Source: Myxococcota bacterium (lineage in GTDB: Bacteria > Myxococcota_A > UBA796 > SXON01). Taken from it: a stretch of DNA of 64,000 nucleotides. The translations under genes and the position numbers were made by a program. Positions 16,088-27,300 of the stretch are shown here, piece after piece. The stretch spans positions 226,186 to 290,185 of the forward strand of contig JAZKFH010000019.1 of the NCBI GenBank assembly GCA_040386535.1, in the 5' to 3' direction. Every line of letters begins with the position of its first letter. Position 1 is the stretch's first letter. Under the pieces are notes generated by a model. That model ran no database searches. It was not told the origin of the DNA and saw only the letters and a list, made by a program, of their open reading frames with translations.

Positions 16088-16170
16088 GCAGCGCTGCATG
16101 GGGCTGAGTGCCGGCTACGGATGACCGGCCGCGTGCGCCGGCGTTACCTGGGCGCTTCAACGGAAACGCC

Positions 16171-16977
16171 ATGCCCCCCTCGACCTTTCTCCTCATCCAC
16201 GGCGCCTTCGTGAACGCGCGGTGTTGGGACTCGTTCCGAGGCCGCTGGGAGGCACTCGGACACACGGTCCTCTGTCCCTCCTGGCCGCTGCTCGACGGGG
16301 AGCCCAGCGTGTTGCGGGCCAACCCGCCGGCGGGGCTGGGCGCCGTGGGTCTGGACGAGATCGTGGCGCATTACGCGGCGGTGATCGCGGCGCTCCCCGC
16401 GCCTCCCATCCTCGTCGGCCACAGCTTCGGCGGGCTGGTGGTCCAACTCCTGCTCGACAAGGGGCTCGGCGCGGCGGGCGTGGCAATCCATCCGGCCCCG
16501 CCGCGTGGCATCCCGCCCTCCATGCGCACCGCCATCTCCAACTTCCCGGTCCTGTCGGGCGCCCTGCTCGGCCGCGCCGTGCACGTGATGTCGAAGGAGA
16601 GCTTCGCCGACTCGTTCGCCAACACGCTGCCGGTGGAGGAGGCGAACGCGGCGTGGGAGCGGTACGTCCTGCCAACCCCGGCGCGCCCCTTCATCCAGGC
16701 CGCGGCATTCTCGGCGTCCACGGCCGTCCGTTGGGACCGGCCCGACCGGGCGCCGCTCCTGCTGTTCGCGGGCGGGCGCGACCGTTCGGTGACCGCGGGA
16801 ATGAACCGGTCCAACAAGGCCGCGTACCGCGGCGGCACGGTCGAGCTCCGCGAGTTTCCCGAGCGCGACCACTTCACCATCGCGGCGCCCGGGTGGGAGG
16901 AGATCGCCGACGCGGCGCTCGGTTGGGCCCTGGAGCACGCGCGTGGGGCCTCCGTGCCGGCGGCGAGCGCCTCGTAG
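16171..16977 (+). CDS. Alpha/beta hydrolase
   Basis: LLIHGAF, GHSFGG nucleophile elbow, GGRD acid, RDHF His. Confidence 0.9.
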   Translation: MPPSTFLLIHGAFVNARCWDSFRGRWEALGHTVLCPSWPLLDGEPSVLRANPPAGLGAVGLDEIVAHYAAVIAALPAPPILVGHSFGGLVVQLLLDKGLGAAGVAIHPAPPRGIPPSMRTAISNFPVLSGALLGRAVHVMSKESFADSFANTLPVEEANAAWERYVLPTPARPFIQAAAFSASTAVRWDRPDRAPLLLFAGGRDRSVTAGMNRSNKAAYRGGTVELREFPERDHFTIAAPGWEEIADAALGWALEHARGASVPAASAS

Positions 16978-16992
16978 GCGGAGGCCAGCCGG

Positions 16993-19900
16993 CTACGGGC
17001 CTTCGTGCTCACGCGGCCCCGGGCCCCCTGCCGTCGCCTCCACCCGCCCCTCCGCCGCCCACGCCGTGGGGGTGACGCCGTAGTGGTCGCGGAAGGACTT
17101 GCTGAAGTGGCTGATGCCGTTGAAGCCGACGGCGTAGGCGATCTCCCCGACGGAGGCGACGCGGCGGGCGAGCAGCGTGGCGGCGCGCTCGAGACGCGCG
17201 ACGCGGAGCAGGTTGGAAGGCGCGTCCCCGGTGAGCTGCTTGACGCGGCGGAACAGGTGGGCCCGGTCCTGCGCGACCGCGTCGGCCAGCTCCTGGACGC
17301 CGAACGCCGGGTCGTGGAGCTGGGCGTCGATGGCGGCGCGCACCTTGCGCAGGTAGCGCTCGTCCGCGGACAACAACTCCTCGCCCGGCTCCTCGGGAGC
17401 AGGGGCGGGGGAGGGGGCAGGAGAGGCGGTTGCGCGCTCGTGTAGGCGCCGCCGCTGCGCGATGAGCCCGTCCACCTGGGCCACGAGCACCTGCGACGAG
17501 AAGGGCTTCGTCAGGTACACGTCCGCGCCGCCCCGGAGGCCCTCGATGCGGCTCTCGTCGGAGCCCTTCGCGGTCAGGAGCACCACCGGCACGGCGTCGA
17601 GCTCGGGGACGGCCCGCAGCGCGCGGACCAGGTCGTAGCCGTTCATCTCCGGCATCATGACGTCGGAGATCACGAGGTCCGGCAGGGCGCGGCGCGCCGT
17701 CGCGAGGCCTTCCCGCCCGTTCGCGGCTTCGATCACGTGGTAACGCGGCGCGAGGTGGCCGCGGATCCATGCGCGGACCTCCGGGTGGTCGTCCACGACG
17801 AGCACGGTCGTGCGGTCGTCGTCCTCGGTCCCGGGGCCGGCGAGCTCCTCGAGCTCGGGCACCGGCGGCGCGGGGATTGCGCCTGCGTACGGGCGGGCTT
17901 CGAGCGCGCCGGCGTCCGTGCGCGAACGCGGCAGCACCACCGTGAACGTGCTCCCGTGGCCCTCCGCGCTCTGCACCCGGATGCGCCCGTCGTGCCGCTC
18001 GGTGAGGTCGCGGGCGAGCGAGAGCCCGATGCCCGAGCCCGCCTGGACGCTGCTCTCCCCTGGGCTGTAGAAGCGCTCGAAGAGCCGCTCCCGCACCTCG
18101 GCGGACAACCCGGGACCGCTGTCCTTTATGGTCACCTCCACCTCCGTGTCGCCCGCGCGCAGCACGACCTCCACCCGCCCGTTCGGGGGGGTGAACTTGA
18201 GCGCGTTGCCCAGGAGGTTCGCGAACACCTTCTCGAGCTCGCGGCGATCGAAGTCGACGATGCACGGATCGGCGGGGAGGTCGAGCAGGAGGGTGATGGA
18301 CCGGCGCTCCGCGAGGGGCTGGTGCACCTCCACGACGCCGGCGACGAGCGCCACGAGATCCTGGGGCGTACGCTCGAGGCGGAGCGCGCCCGCGTCGAGC
18401 CGCACGAGATCGAGCAGCTGGTTGACGAGCGCGAAGAGCCGCCGCGCGTTGCGCTCGGCGAGCCCCACCTGCGCCTCGGCCGCGGGGGGAAGGCCGCCGT
18501 GACGCCCGGTGCGCACGTCCTCCAATGGCCCGATCACGAGCGTCAGCGGCGTGCGCAGCTCGTGGGAGAGATCCTGGAAGAAGCGGGTCTTGAGGCGATC
18601 GACCTCGAGGAGGCGCGCCGCCTGGGCCGCGATGGTGCGCTCGGCGGAGACCGCGTGCTCCTTCTCCGCCGCGAGATCGGCCGTACGCGCCTGGACCCGC
18701 GCCTCGAGCACCCGCTCCCGCCGCTGCGCCGCGGCGAGCCGGCTCCACACCGCCAGGACGGCCATACCCACCGCCAGGAGCGCCACCAGCGCACGGAACC
18801 AGGTGGTCTCGTGAAAACGCGGGACGACGTGGAGCGTGAGCGTCGCTTCCGCCCCTTCGTGGTCGGGTGGGCTGGTCCGCACCCGGAAGGTCCGCTCGCC
18901 CGGGGGCACCTGGGTATACCAGGCCGTGCGCCGCGTGCCCGCGGCCACCCAGTCGGGATCGACCCCGTCGAGGCGGTACCAGAAGCGCTGCTTCTCGCCG
19001 TACGTGGCCGGGAGCGCGGTGTAGTCGACGCCGAAGCTGCGCTCCGTGGGCGCGAGCGTGCGCGGCCCGAACAGCGGCTCCTCCACCCCGTCCAGCCGGA
19101 GTGACTCCACCCGGGCGGTCGTCCGGACCGCCTCGAACGGCACGAGCTCGGGCCGCACCACGACGACCCCGTCCTGGGACGCGAACCAGATTCGTCCGTC
19201 CGCGGTCCGGATCCCGGCGCGGTGCACCCCGCCGTTGGCCTCGGCGCCCGCCATGCCGTCGCCACGCCCGAAGGTGTCGACGTGAATGGGCGCGTCCGAG
19301 CCCCGCGCGTAGGCGTCCAGCTGCGCGACCAACACGCGGAAGAGCCCGCGATTGGTGCTGCCCCAGAGCGCGCCGAACATGTCCGGGACGAGGGCGTGGA
19401 CGCTGTGGTCGGGGAGCCCGTCGCGTTGCCCGAAGACCCGGGGCGCACCCGCGCCGGTCGAGAGGGCGGCCTCGGAAGCCCCCCAGATCCCGACGTCTTC
19501 GGTGCCGACCCAGAGGGTGCCCTCGGGGGAGCGCCACACCGAGCGCACCGTGTCGCTCGGGAAGCCCTCGGCCCGTCCGAAGCGGGTCACCCGCTGCACA
19601 CCCGCCGGACCGGCCGCCAGGCGGAGGAGCCCGGCGCCGTTCGTGCCGAGCCACACGGCGTCGTCGGTCTCGAGCATCGCGCGGACGGGGGCGTGCGGGA
19701 GCCCGAGCACCTCGTCGAGGCGCGCCCAGGCGCCTTCCCGCTCCTCCCAGAGCTGGTCTCCGGCGGCCACGAGCACCGAGCCGTCCCGCCGGCCCTCGAC
19801 CATGCGCACGATGCCGGTGGGCCCCCCGGGACCCCGCTCGAAGCGGTCGCCCACCTTCTGGTGAACGCCCGCCCACACCGTCCCGTCCGGCTCCTCGAGC

Positions 19901-21147
19901 ACCGCGCCCACGTTGCGGTACAGCCCCTCCGCCGCGCCCCACGTGCGCGCCTCCCCCGAGGCGTCGATCCGCGTCAGGCCGCCCCGTTGGGAGCCCACCC
20001 AGACCGCGCCATCGGCGCCCGCCGCCAGGGCGTATGCCTTCAGGAGGGCGGGGGTGAGGGCCGCGCCGAGCGTCTCGATCGCGGCGTCGCGGAGCCGCAG
20101 CAGCCCGCCCCCACCGGAGCCGATCCAGACGCCGCCCTCCGGCGCGAGCGCGATGTCGGTCCATGGATCCCCCGTCGGGCTGCGCACGACCACCTCGCCG
20201 TCGCGGAGGACGGCGGTGCGGCTCAGAGCCCACGTGTGCCCGTCGGCGTCGGTCGCCACCGAGGTGCGGATGGGCGGGCGGGCCGCGTCGGCGCGGTCCA
20301 TCGTCACCACAACGCCGTCGTTCCAGTGGTACAGCCCGGTCTGCGCGATCACCCAGGCCTCGTCCGCCCCCGTCGGCACCATCGCCACGAACTCCTCGTG
20401 CCACGCGGCCCCGCTGGACTCCAACGGGACGAATCGCCCCTCCCGCAGGCGGTAGGCGCCCGCGCGCGTGCACGCCCACACGGTGCCGTCCGGCCCGATG
20501 GCCACGTTCGTCGTCGCCGTCTCGTCGAGCCCCTCGTGCACCCCATACCAGCGCGGGGCCGCGTCCTCCTCGCTCCTCCCGGGAAGGCGCGCGACGCCTC
20601 GGCGCTCCGTCGCGACCCACAAGGCGCCGCCGGGCTCCTCCGCCAGCGCCTCCACGCTCAGGTCGTCGCCCGGGCCGGCGAGCGGGATCGTCTCGAAGTC
20701 GTCGCCGTCGAAGCGGGCCACCCCCTCACGCGCGCTCGCCCACACCGTGCCCGTGCTCCCGAAGAGCAGCGTGGGCCCACGCTCCCCCGCGCCGAGGTCC
20801 CACGACCGCACCGCGCCGGTCGAAGGGTCGCGTCGCACCACGCGCCCCGGCTCGGTGCGCAGCCACAACGCGCCGTCCGAGGCCTCCGCGACGGAGGTGA
20901 TGCGGTTGCTCGTGAGCCCGGGCGTGTTCTCGGTGCCGAAGACCGTGAACCGCACCCCGTCGAACCGGACCAGCCCGTCGAACGTCGCGAGCCACACGTA
21001 GCCGTCCCGCGTGACCTCGATGTCGTTCACCGAGTTCAGGGGCAGCCCGTCCTCGAGCGTCCAGGTCGCGCTCGCGAGGCGCGGGGGCTCGGCGCGGACG
21101 GGGGCCGCAGCGAGGAGGAGGCACAGGAGCGGGGAGGGGAGGAGCAC
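16993..21147 (-). CDS. Hybrid two-component system: beta-propeller sensor, Y_Y_Y, TM, HisKA, HATPase, REC, AraC HTH
   Basis: DGLPLNSV...GYVWLATFDGLVRFDG propeller repeats; YRLDGVDPDW...[51 protein letters not shown]; start inferred. Confidence 0.93.
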   Translation of the reverse strand: MLLPSPLLCLLLAAAPVRAEPPRLASATWTLEDGLPLNSVNDIEVTRDGYVWLATFDGLVRFDGVRFTVFGTENTPGLTSNRITSVAEASDGALWLRTEPGRVVRRDPSTGAVRSWDLGAGERGPTLLFGSTGTVWASAREGVARFDGDDFETIPLAGPGDDLSVEALAEEPGGALWVATERRGVARLPGRSEEDAAPRWYGVHEGLDETATTNVAIGPDGTVWACTRAGAYRLREGRFVPLESSGAAWHEEFVAMVPTGADEAWVIAQTGLYHWNDGVVVTMDRADAARPPIRTSVATDADGHTWALSRTAVLRDGEVVVRSPTGDPWTDIALAPEGGVWIGSGGGGLLRLRDAAIETLGAALTPALLKAYALAAGADGAVWVGSQRGGLTRIDASGEARTWGAAEGLYRNVGAVLEEPDGTVWAGVHQKVGDRFERGPGGPTGIVRMVEGRRDGSVLVAAGDQLWEEREGAWARLDEVLGLPHAPVRAMLETDDAVWLGTNGAGLLRLAAGPAGVQRVTRFGRAEGFPSDTVRSVWRSPEGTLWVGTEDVGIWGASEAALSTGAGAPRVFGQRDGLPDHSVHALVPDMFGALWGSTNRGLFRVLVAQLDAYARGSDAPIHVDTFGRGDGMAGAEANGGVHRAGIRTADGRIWFASQDGVVVVRPELVPFEAVRTTARVESLRLDGVEEPLFGPRTLAPTERSFGVDYTALPATYGEKQRFWYRLDGVDPDWVAAGTRRTAWYTQVPPGERTFRVRTSPPDHEGAEATLTLHVVPRFHETTWFRALVALLAVGMAVLAVWSRLAAAQRRERVLEARVQARTADLAAEKEHAVSAERTIAAQAARLLEVDRLKTRFFQDLSHELRTPLTLVIGPLEDVRTGRHGGLPPAAEAQVGLAERNARRLFALVNQLLDLVRLDAGALRLERTPQDLVALVAGVVEVHQPLAERRSITLLLDLPADPCIVDFDRRELEKVFANLLGNALKFTPPNGRVEVVLRAGDTEVEVTIKDSGPGLSAEVRERLFERFYSPGESSVQAGSGIGLSLARDLTERHDGRIRVQSAEGHGSTFTVVLPRSRTDAGALEARPYAGAIPAPPVPELEELAGPGTEDDDRTTVLVVDDHPEVRAWIRGHLAPRYHVIEAANGREGLATARRALPDLVISDVMMPEMNGYDLVRALRAVPELDAVPVVLLTAKGSDESRIEGLRGGADVYLTKPFSSQVLVAQVDGLIAQRRRLHERATASPAPSPAPAPEEPGEELLSADERYLRKVRAAIDAQLHDPAFGVQELADAVAQDRAHLFRRVKQLTGDAPSNLLRVARLERAATLLARRVASVGEIAYAVGFNGISHFSKSFRDHYGVTPTAWAAEGRVEATAGGPGPREHEGP

Positions 21148-21192
21148 GTGGAGGCGCAGACGCGGCTGTTTACTCGCTCTGCTGGGGCGGAT

Positions 21193-21226
21193 GCAACATC
21201 CACGACACGACCCGCAACACCCGCGA
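21193..21226 (+). promoter_or_regulatory. Direct repeat GCAACA(T/C)CC(A/G)CGA with 21-bp period, candidate AraC/HTCS site
   Basis: GCAACATCCACGA at 21193 and GCAACACCCGCGA at 21214 (11/13 identical) in the HTCS/adhesin divergent region. Confidence 0.6.
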
Positions 21227-21350
21227 TGCCACCCCCGACGGGACGCCGATACCTGCGCTTCATCGAGGCGGGCAGCCCTCACGGGCACCGCCGACACGCC
21301 TCCCCACACCACTCCCACGCGCGGACCCCGGTTCGCCTGGATGTCGCCCC

Positions 21351-24300
21351 ATGCCTGCTCGCGGCGCCCTTGCCCTCCTGGTCCTCGCCGCGTGTGGCGG
21401 CGACACGACGATCACCCGTCGCAACGACGCGCCCCTCGCGACGATCATGGCCCCGTCGAGCGGGACGGAGGTGGTCGACGGGGCCACGGTGGTCTTCGCC
21501 GGCACGGTCTTCGACGCGGACGACGCCGCCGGCGATCTGGTCGCGCGGTGGCTCTCGGGGTCCGACGAGCTGTGCGCCGCCGCGCCGGTCGCGGAGGACG
21601 GCACGACCGCCTGCGAGGTCGAGCTGGGCCGCGGGGACGAGGAGATCGTGCTCGAGGGGCGCGATCCGGACAACGCCGTGGGGATCGCGAGCGTGGACCT
21701 CGTGATCCTCGCATCGGGCGCCCCCGACGTGGAGCTCCTCGCGCCGGACGGCGTGGGGCCCTACTATGCGGACCACGAAGTCGCGTTCGCCGCGGTGGTG
21801 GGAGATGCCGAGGACGACGCGACCGCGCTCTCGGTGCGCTGGGTGGATCCGGACGGCGCGGTGCTCGACATCGACGCGACGCCCGACGCGGACGGCGCGC
21901 TCGCGGGCGCCTGGGCCTTCGACACCGGTGGCCACGCGGTCACCCTGACCGTGACGGACACCACCGGCAAGACCGCCAGCACCACCATCGCGTTCCAGGT
22001 GGGCGGCGCCAACGTGCCCCCGGGCTGCTCGATCACCGCGCCCGTTGACGGCCTCCAGGTAGGGCAGGGGATCGATGTCGCCTTCACCGGCACCGTCCTG
22101 GACCCGGATGTGACCGAGGATCGTCTCGCCGCCACCTGGTCGAGCGATCTGGACGGCGTCCTGGCCGCCGGGAACGCCGATGTCGACGGGAACGTGGCGT
22201 TCACCACCGCGACCCTGACCGGCGGCCAGCACACCATCACGTTGACTGGGACGGACGAGGTCGGCGCCACCTGCGCCGACAGCATCGTGGTCGAGGTGAG
22301 CGCGCCCCCCACGGTCGACATCGACCTGCCGGTGGACGGCGATGTCTACAACGATGGCGCCGCCGCGGCCTTCTCGGCGACGGTCGCCGACGACAGCACC
22401 GCGTCGGACGCGCTGCTCCTCACCTGGGAGAGCGACCTCGACGGCGTGCTCGACACCACCCCCGCCGATGGCGCCGGCGTCGCGGGCTTCGACGCCGCGT
22501 GGCTCTCCGTCGGCACCCACACGGTGACCCTCACGGTCACGGACGAGGCGGGCCTCTCCACCTCGGCCAGCGCCTGGTTCGTCGTCAACGGGCTCCCGAC
22601 CGCCCCCACCGTCGCCATCGATCCGGTGGCCGCCGGCGGCAACGACGACCTGACCGCCACCGTCTCCGGCGCCGCCGTGGACCCGGAGGGCGACCCGATC
22701 ACGTACACCTACGCCTGGTACGTGGACGGCGCGGCGACTGCCTACACGGGCGACACCGTCCCCGCGTCCGCCACGACGCGCGGCGAGGTGTGGGAGGTCT
22801 ACGTCACCCCCAATGACGGCTACGGCGACGGCGCCTCCGGCACGGCCTCGGTCACCATCGACAACTCCGCCCCGACGCTGGCGGACGTGAGCCTCACGCC
22901 CGATCCGGCGTACGAGACGGACACCCTCACGTGCACGCCCGGCGTCGCGGCGGACACCGATGGCGACGCGATCACGTACACCTACGCGTGGTCGGTCGAC
23001 GGGGTCACCCTGGCCGACACGAGCACGACCCTCGACGCCTCCGCGTGGGAGCGCGGGGACCGCGTGGTGTGCACGGTCACCCCGACCGACGGCACGGACG
23101 CCGGCGCGGCGGTGGACTCCGCCGCGCTGACCATCAGCAACTCGGTGCCGAGCCTCGCCGACATCGCGATCACGCCGGCCTCGCCGGAGGCGGGCGACAC
23201 GTTGACGTGCACCGCGACCGGCTTCGCGGACGCCGACGGCGACGGCGATCAGAGCGTGTACGAGTGGACGGTGGAGGGCGCCTACGCCGGCAGCGGCCCG
23301 ACCCTCGCCGGCGGCTTCCTCGGCGGCGACGAGGTCATCTGCGCGGTCACGCCCTACGACGGCCTCGACTACGGCGAGGTGCTCTCCGACGCCGTCACCA
23401 TCGAAAACGCTGCGCCTGTGCTCGCAGGCGTGACGCTCTCGCCGGCCAGCCCCACGGAAGCCGACCTCCTCGTGTGCACCCCCGGCCTCACCACCGACCT
23501 CGACGGGACCACCAGCTTCTCCTACACCTACGGGTGGACGGTCGACGGCGTGGTCCTGGCCGCGACCACGAGCACGCTGGACAGCTCCGCGTTCGCCAAA
23601 CGGGACGTCGTCACGTGTGACGCCACGCCCAATGACGGCACCGACGATGGCGTGACCGTGGCGTCGAACCCCGTCACCGCGATCAACACCCCGCCGGAGG
23701 TCCTCTCCGCGACCCTGTCACCCACGTCCCCGGACACCGACGCCAGCCTCACTGCGACGGTGAGCGCCGCCGATCTCGACGGGGACGGCGTCTCTCTCCG
23801 GTACGCCTGGTACGTGAACGGTATGTTCGTCGGCTCCGGTGACACGCTCGACGGGGCCGCCTCCTTCGAGAACGGTGACAGCGTGTACCTCGTGGTGACC
23901 CCGAACGACGGCGACGAGGACGGTGCACCTCATCGCTCTGACGCCGTCGTCATCGCAAACACGCTCCCGGTGATCGCGACCGTGACGCTCACGCCGAGCC
24001 CGGCGTACGAAGAGACCACGCTCACGTGCGCGCCGACGGCCACCGACGCCGACGGCGACCCGATCACCTACACGTACGGCTGGACCGTGGATGGCGCCGC
24101 CGTCTCCGCCACGGGCGCGACGCTCACCGGCGCGGACTTCGACAAGGAGGCCGCGGTGGTCTGCTCCGCGACGCCGAACGACGGCAGCGGCAGCGGCGCG
24201 GTATCCAACTCCAACGTGGTGACCATCTCCAACACGGCGCCGGTGATGACGAGCGTGGCGCTCACTCCGGCCTCGGCGAGCGAATCCTCCACGCTCACAT

Positions 24301-27300
24301 GCACCCCGGCCGCCACCGACGCCGACAGCGACGCGGTCAGCTACGCGTACGCCTGGTACGTGAACGGCGCGGCGAACGCCCGCACCACCTCGACCCTCAC
24401 GGGCACGTACTTCGACGGCGGCGACAGTGTGTACTGCCGCGTCACCCCGACGGATGGCACCACCGCCGGCACGGCGTTGGCCTCCGACACGGTCACCATC
24501 GGCAACACCGCGCCGGTGCTCTCCGCGGTCGTGCTCACCCCCGCCTCGGCAACGGTCGCCTCGACGCTGACCTGCACGCCCACCGCCTCCGACGCCGACG
24601 GCGACACGATCTCCTACGGGTACGCCTGGTACGTGAACAGCGCGGCGATCGCGGCCACCAGCGCCACGCTCACCGCGACGAGCTTCGACGCCGGGGACAC
24701 CGTGTACTGCCGTGTCACGCCGAATGACGGCACCACCGCCGGCACCGCTTCCAATTCGAACACGGTGACCATCGACAACACCGCGCCCGTGATCTCGGCC
24801 GTCACCCTGACCCCGACCACCGCGTACGAGGCCAACACCCTCACGTGCACACCGACGGCCACGGATGTCGACGGCGACGCGATCACGTACACGTACGCCT
24901 GGTCCGTGAACGCCGCGTCGATCGCGTCCACATCGTCCACCTTGACCGGTGCATATTTCGATCGGGACGACGCCGTGCTTTGCCGTGTCACTCCGAACGA
25001 CGGCACGGTGAGCGGCACCGCGTCCAACTCCAACACGGTGACCATCTCCAACACCGCGCCGGTTGTTTCCTCCGTCAGTCTCACCCCGACAAGCGCCGAC
25101 GAGGCCTCGACGCTCACGTGCACACCCACGGCGACCGACGCTGACAGCGACGCGGTCACCTACACGTACGCCTGGTACGTGAACGGCACAGCGAACGCCC
25201 GCACCACGAGCACGTTGACCGGCACGTACTTCGACGGCGGGGACACGGTCTACTGCCGCGTCACCCCCACCGATGGCACCACCGCCGGCACCGCGTCCAA
25301 CTCGAACACGGTCACCATCGGCAACACGGCGCCCGTCCTCTCCGCGGTCGTGCTCACTCCCGCCTCGCCGACCGTCGCCTCGACGCTGACCTGCACGCCC
25401 ACCGCCACGGACGCCGACGGCGACACGATCTCCTACGGGTACGCCTGGTACGTGAACAGCGCGGCGATCGCGGCCACCAGCGCCACGCTCACCGCGACGA
25501 GCTTCGACGCCGGGGACACCGTGTACTGCCGTGTCACGCCGAATGACGGCACCACCGCCGGCACCGCTTCCAATTCGAACACGGTGACCATCGACAACAC
25601 CGCGCCCGTGATCTCGGCCGTCACCCTGACCCCGACCACCGCGTACGAGGCCAACACCCTCACGTGCACACCGACGGCCACGGATGTCGACGGCGACGCG
25701 ATCACGTACACGTACGCCTGGTCCGTGAACGCCGCGTCGATCGCGTCCACATCGTCCACCTTGACCGGTGCATATTTCGATCGGGACGACGCCGTGCTTT
25801 GCCGTGTCACTCCGAACGACGGCACGGTGAGCGGCACCGCGTCCAACTCCAACACGGTGACCATCTCCAACACCGCGCCGGTTGTTTCCTCCGTCAGTCT
25901 CACCCCGACAAGCGCCGACGAGGCCTCGACGCTCACGTGCACACCCACGGCGACCGACGCTGACAGCGACGCGGTCACCTACACGTACGCCTGGTACGTG
26001 AACGGCACAGCGAACGCCCGCACCACGAGCACGTTGACCGGCACGTACTTCGACGGCGGGGACACGGTCTACTGCCGCGTCACCCCCACCGATGGCACCA
26101 CCGCCGGCACCGCGTCCAACTCGAACACGGTCACCATCGGCAACACGGCGCCCGTCCTCTCCGCGGTCGTGCTCACTCCCGCCTCGCCGACCGTCGCCTC
26201 GACGCTGACCTGCACGCCCACCGCCACGGACGCCGACGGCGACACGATCTCCTACGGGTACGCCTGGTACGTGAACAGCGCGGCGATCGCGGCCACCAGC
26301 GCCACGCTCACCGCGACGAGCTTCGACGCCGGGGACACCGTGTACTGCCGTGTCACGCCGAATGACGGCACCACCGCCGGCACCGCTTCCAATTCGAACA
26401 CGGTGACCATCGACAACACCGCGCCCGTGATCTCGGCCGTCACCCTGACCCCGACCACCGCGTACGAGGCCAACACCCTCACGTGCACGCCCACGGCCAC
26501 GGACGCCGACGGCGACGCCATCACCTACACGTACGCCTGGTACGTCAACAGCGCGCTGATCGCCCCGACGAGCACGACCCTGAGCGGAACGTACTTCAGC
26601 AAGGCCAACACGGTCTATTGCCGTGTCACCCCGAACGACGGCACCACCGCCGGTACCGCGTCCAACTCGAACACGGTGACCATCTCCAACACCGCGCCCG
26701 TTGTTTCCTCCGTCAGTCTCACCCCGACGACCGCGTACGAGGCGAGCACCCTCACGTGCAGTCCCGCGGCCACGGACGCCGATGGCGACGCCATCACCTA
26801 CACGTACGCCTGGTACGTCAACAGCGCGCTGATCGCCCCGACGACCTCGACGCTCACCGGCACGTACTTCAGCAGGACCAACACGGTCTATTGTCGTGTC
26901 ACCCCGAACGACGGCACGACCGCCGGCACCGCGTCCACGTCGAACACGGTGACCATCTCCAACACCGCGCCGGTGATCTCCGCCGTCTCCCTGACCCCGA
27001 CCACCGCGTACGAGACCTCGACGCTCACGTGCACGCCGACGGCCACGGATGCCGACGGCGGCTCCATCACCTACACCTACGCGTGGGTGGTGGGCGGCTC
27101 GACGATCGCCCCCACGAGCTCGACCCTCACCGGCACGTATTTCAATCGTGGCAATGCGGTGTACTGCCGCGCGACCCCGAGCGACGGCGTGACCTCCGGC
27201 TCCGCCGTCGCGTCGAACACCGTCACGATCGCCAACTCGTTGCCCGGCGCGCCCGTGCTCGCCATCTCCCCGACCGCTCCGATGGCGGGCGTCGACGATC

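Noticed and set aside
24591..26488. 819-bp repeats as insertion sequences
   Set aside because: In-frame with the host gene, no transposase, no terminal inverted repeats.
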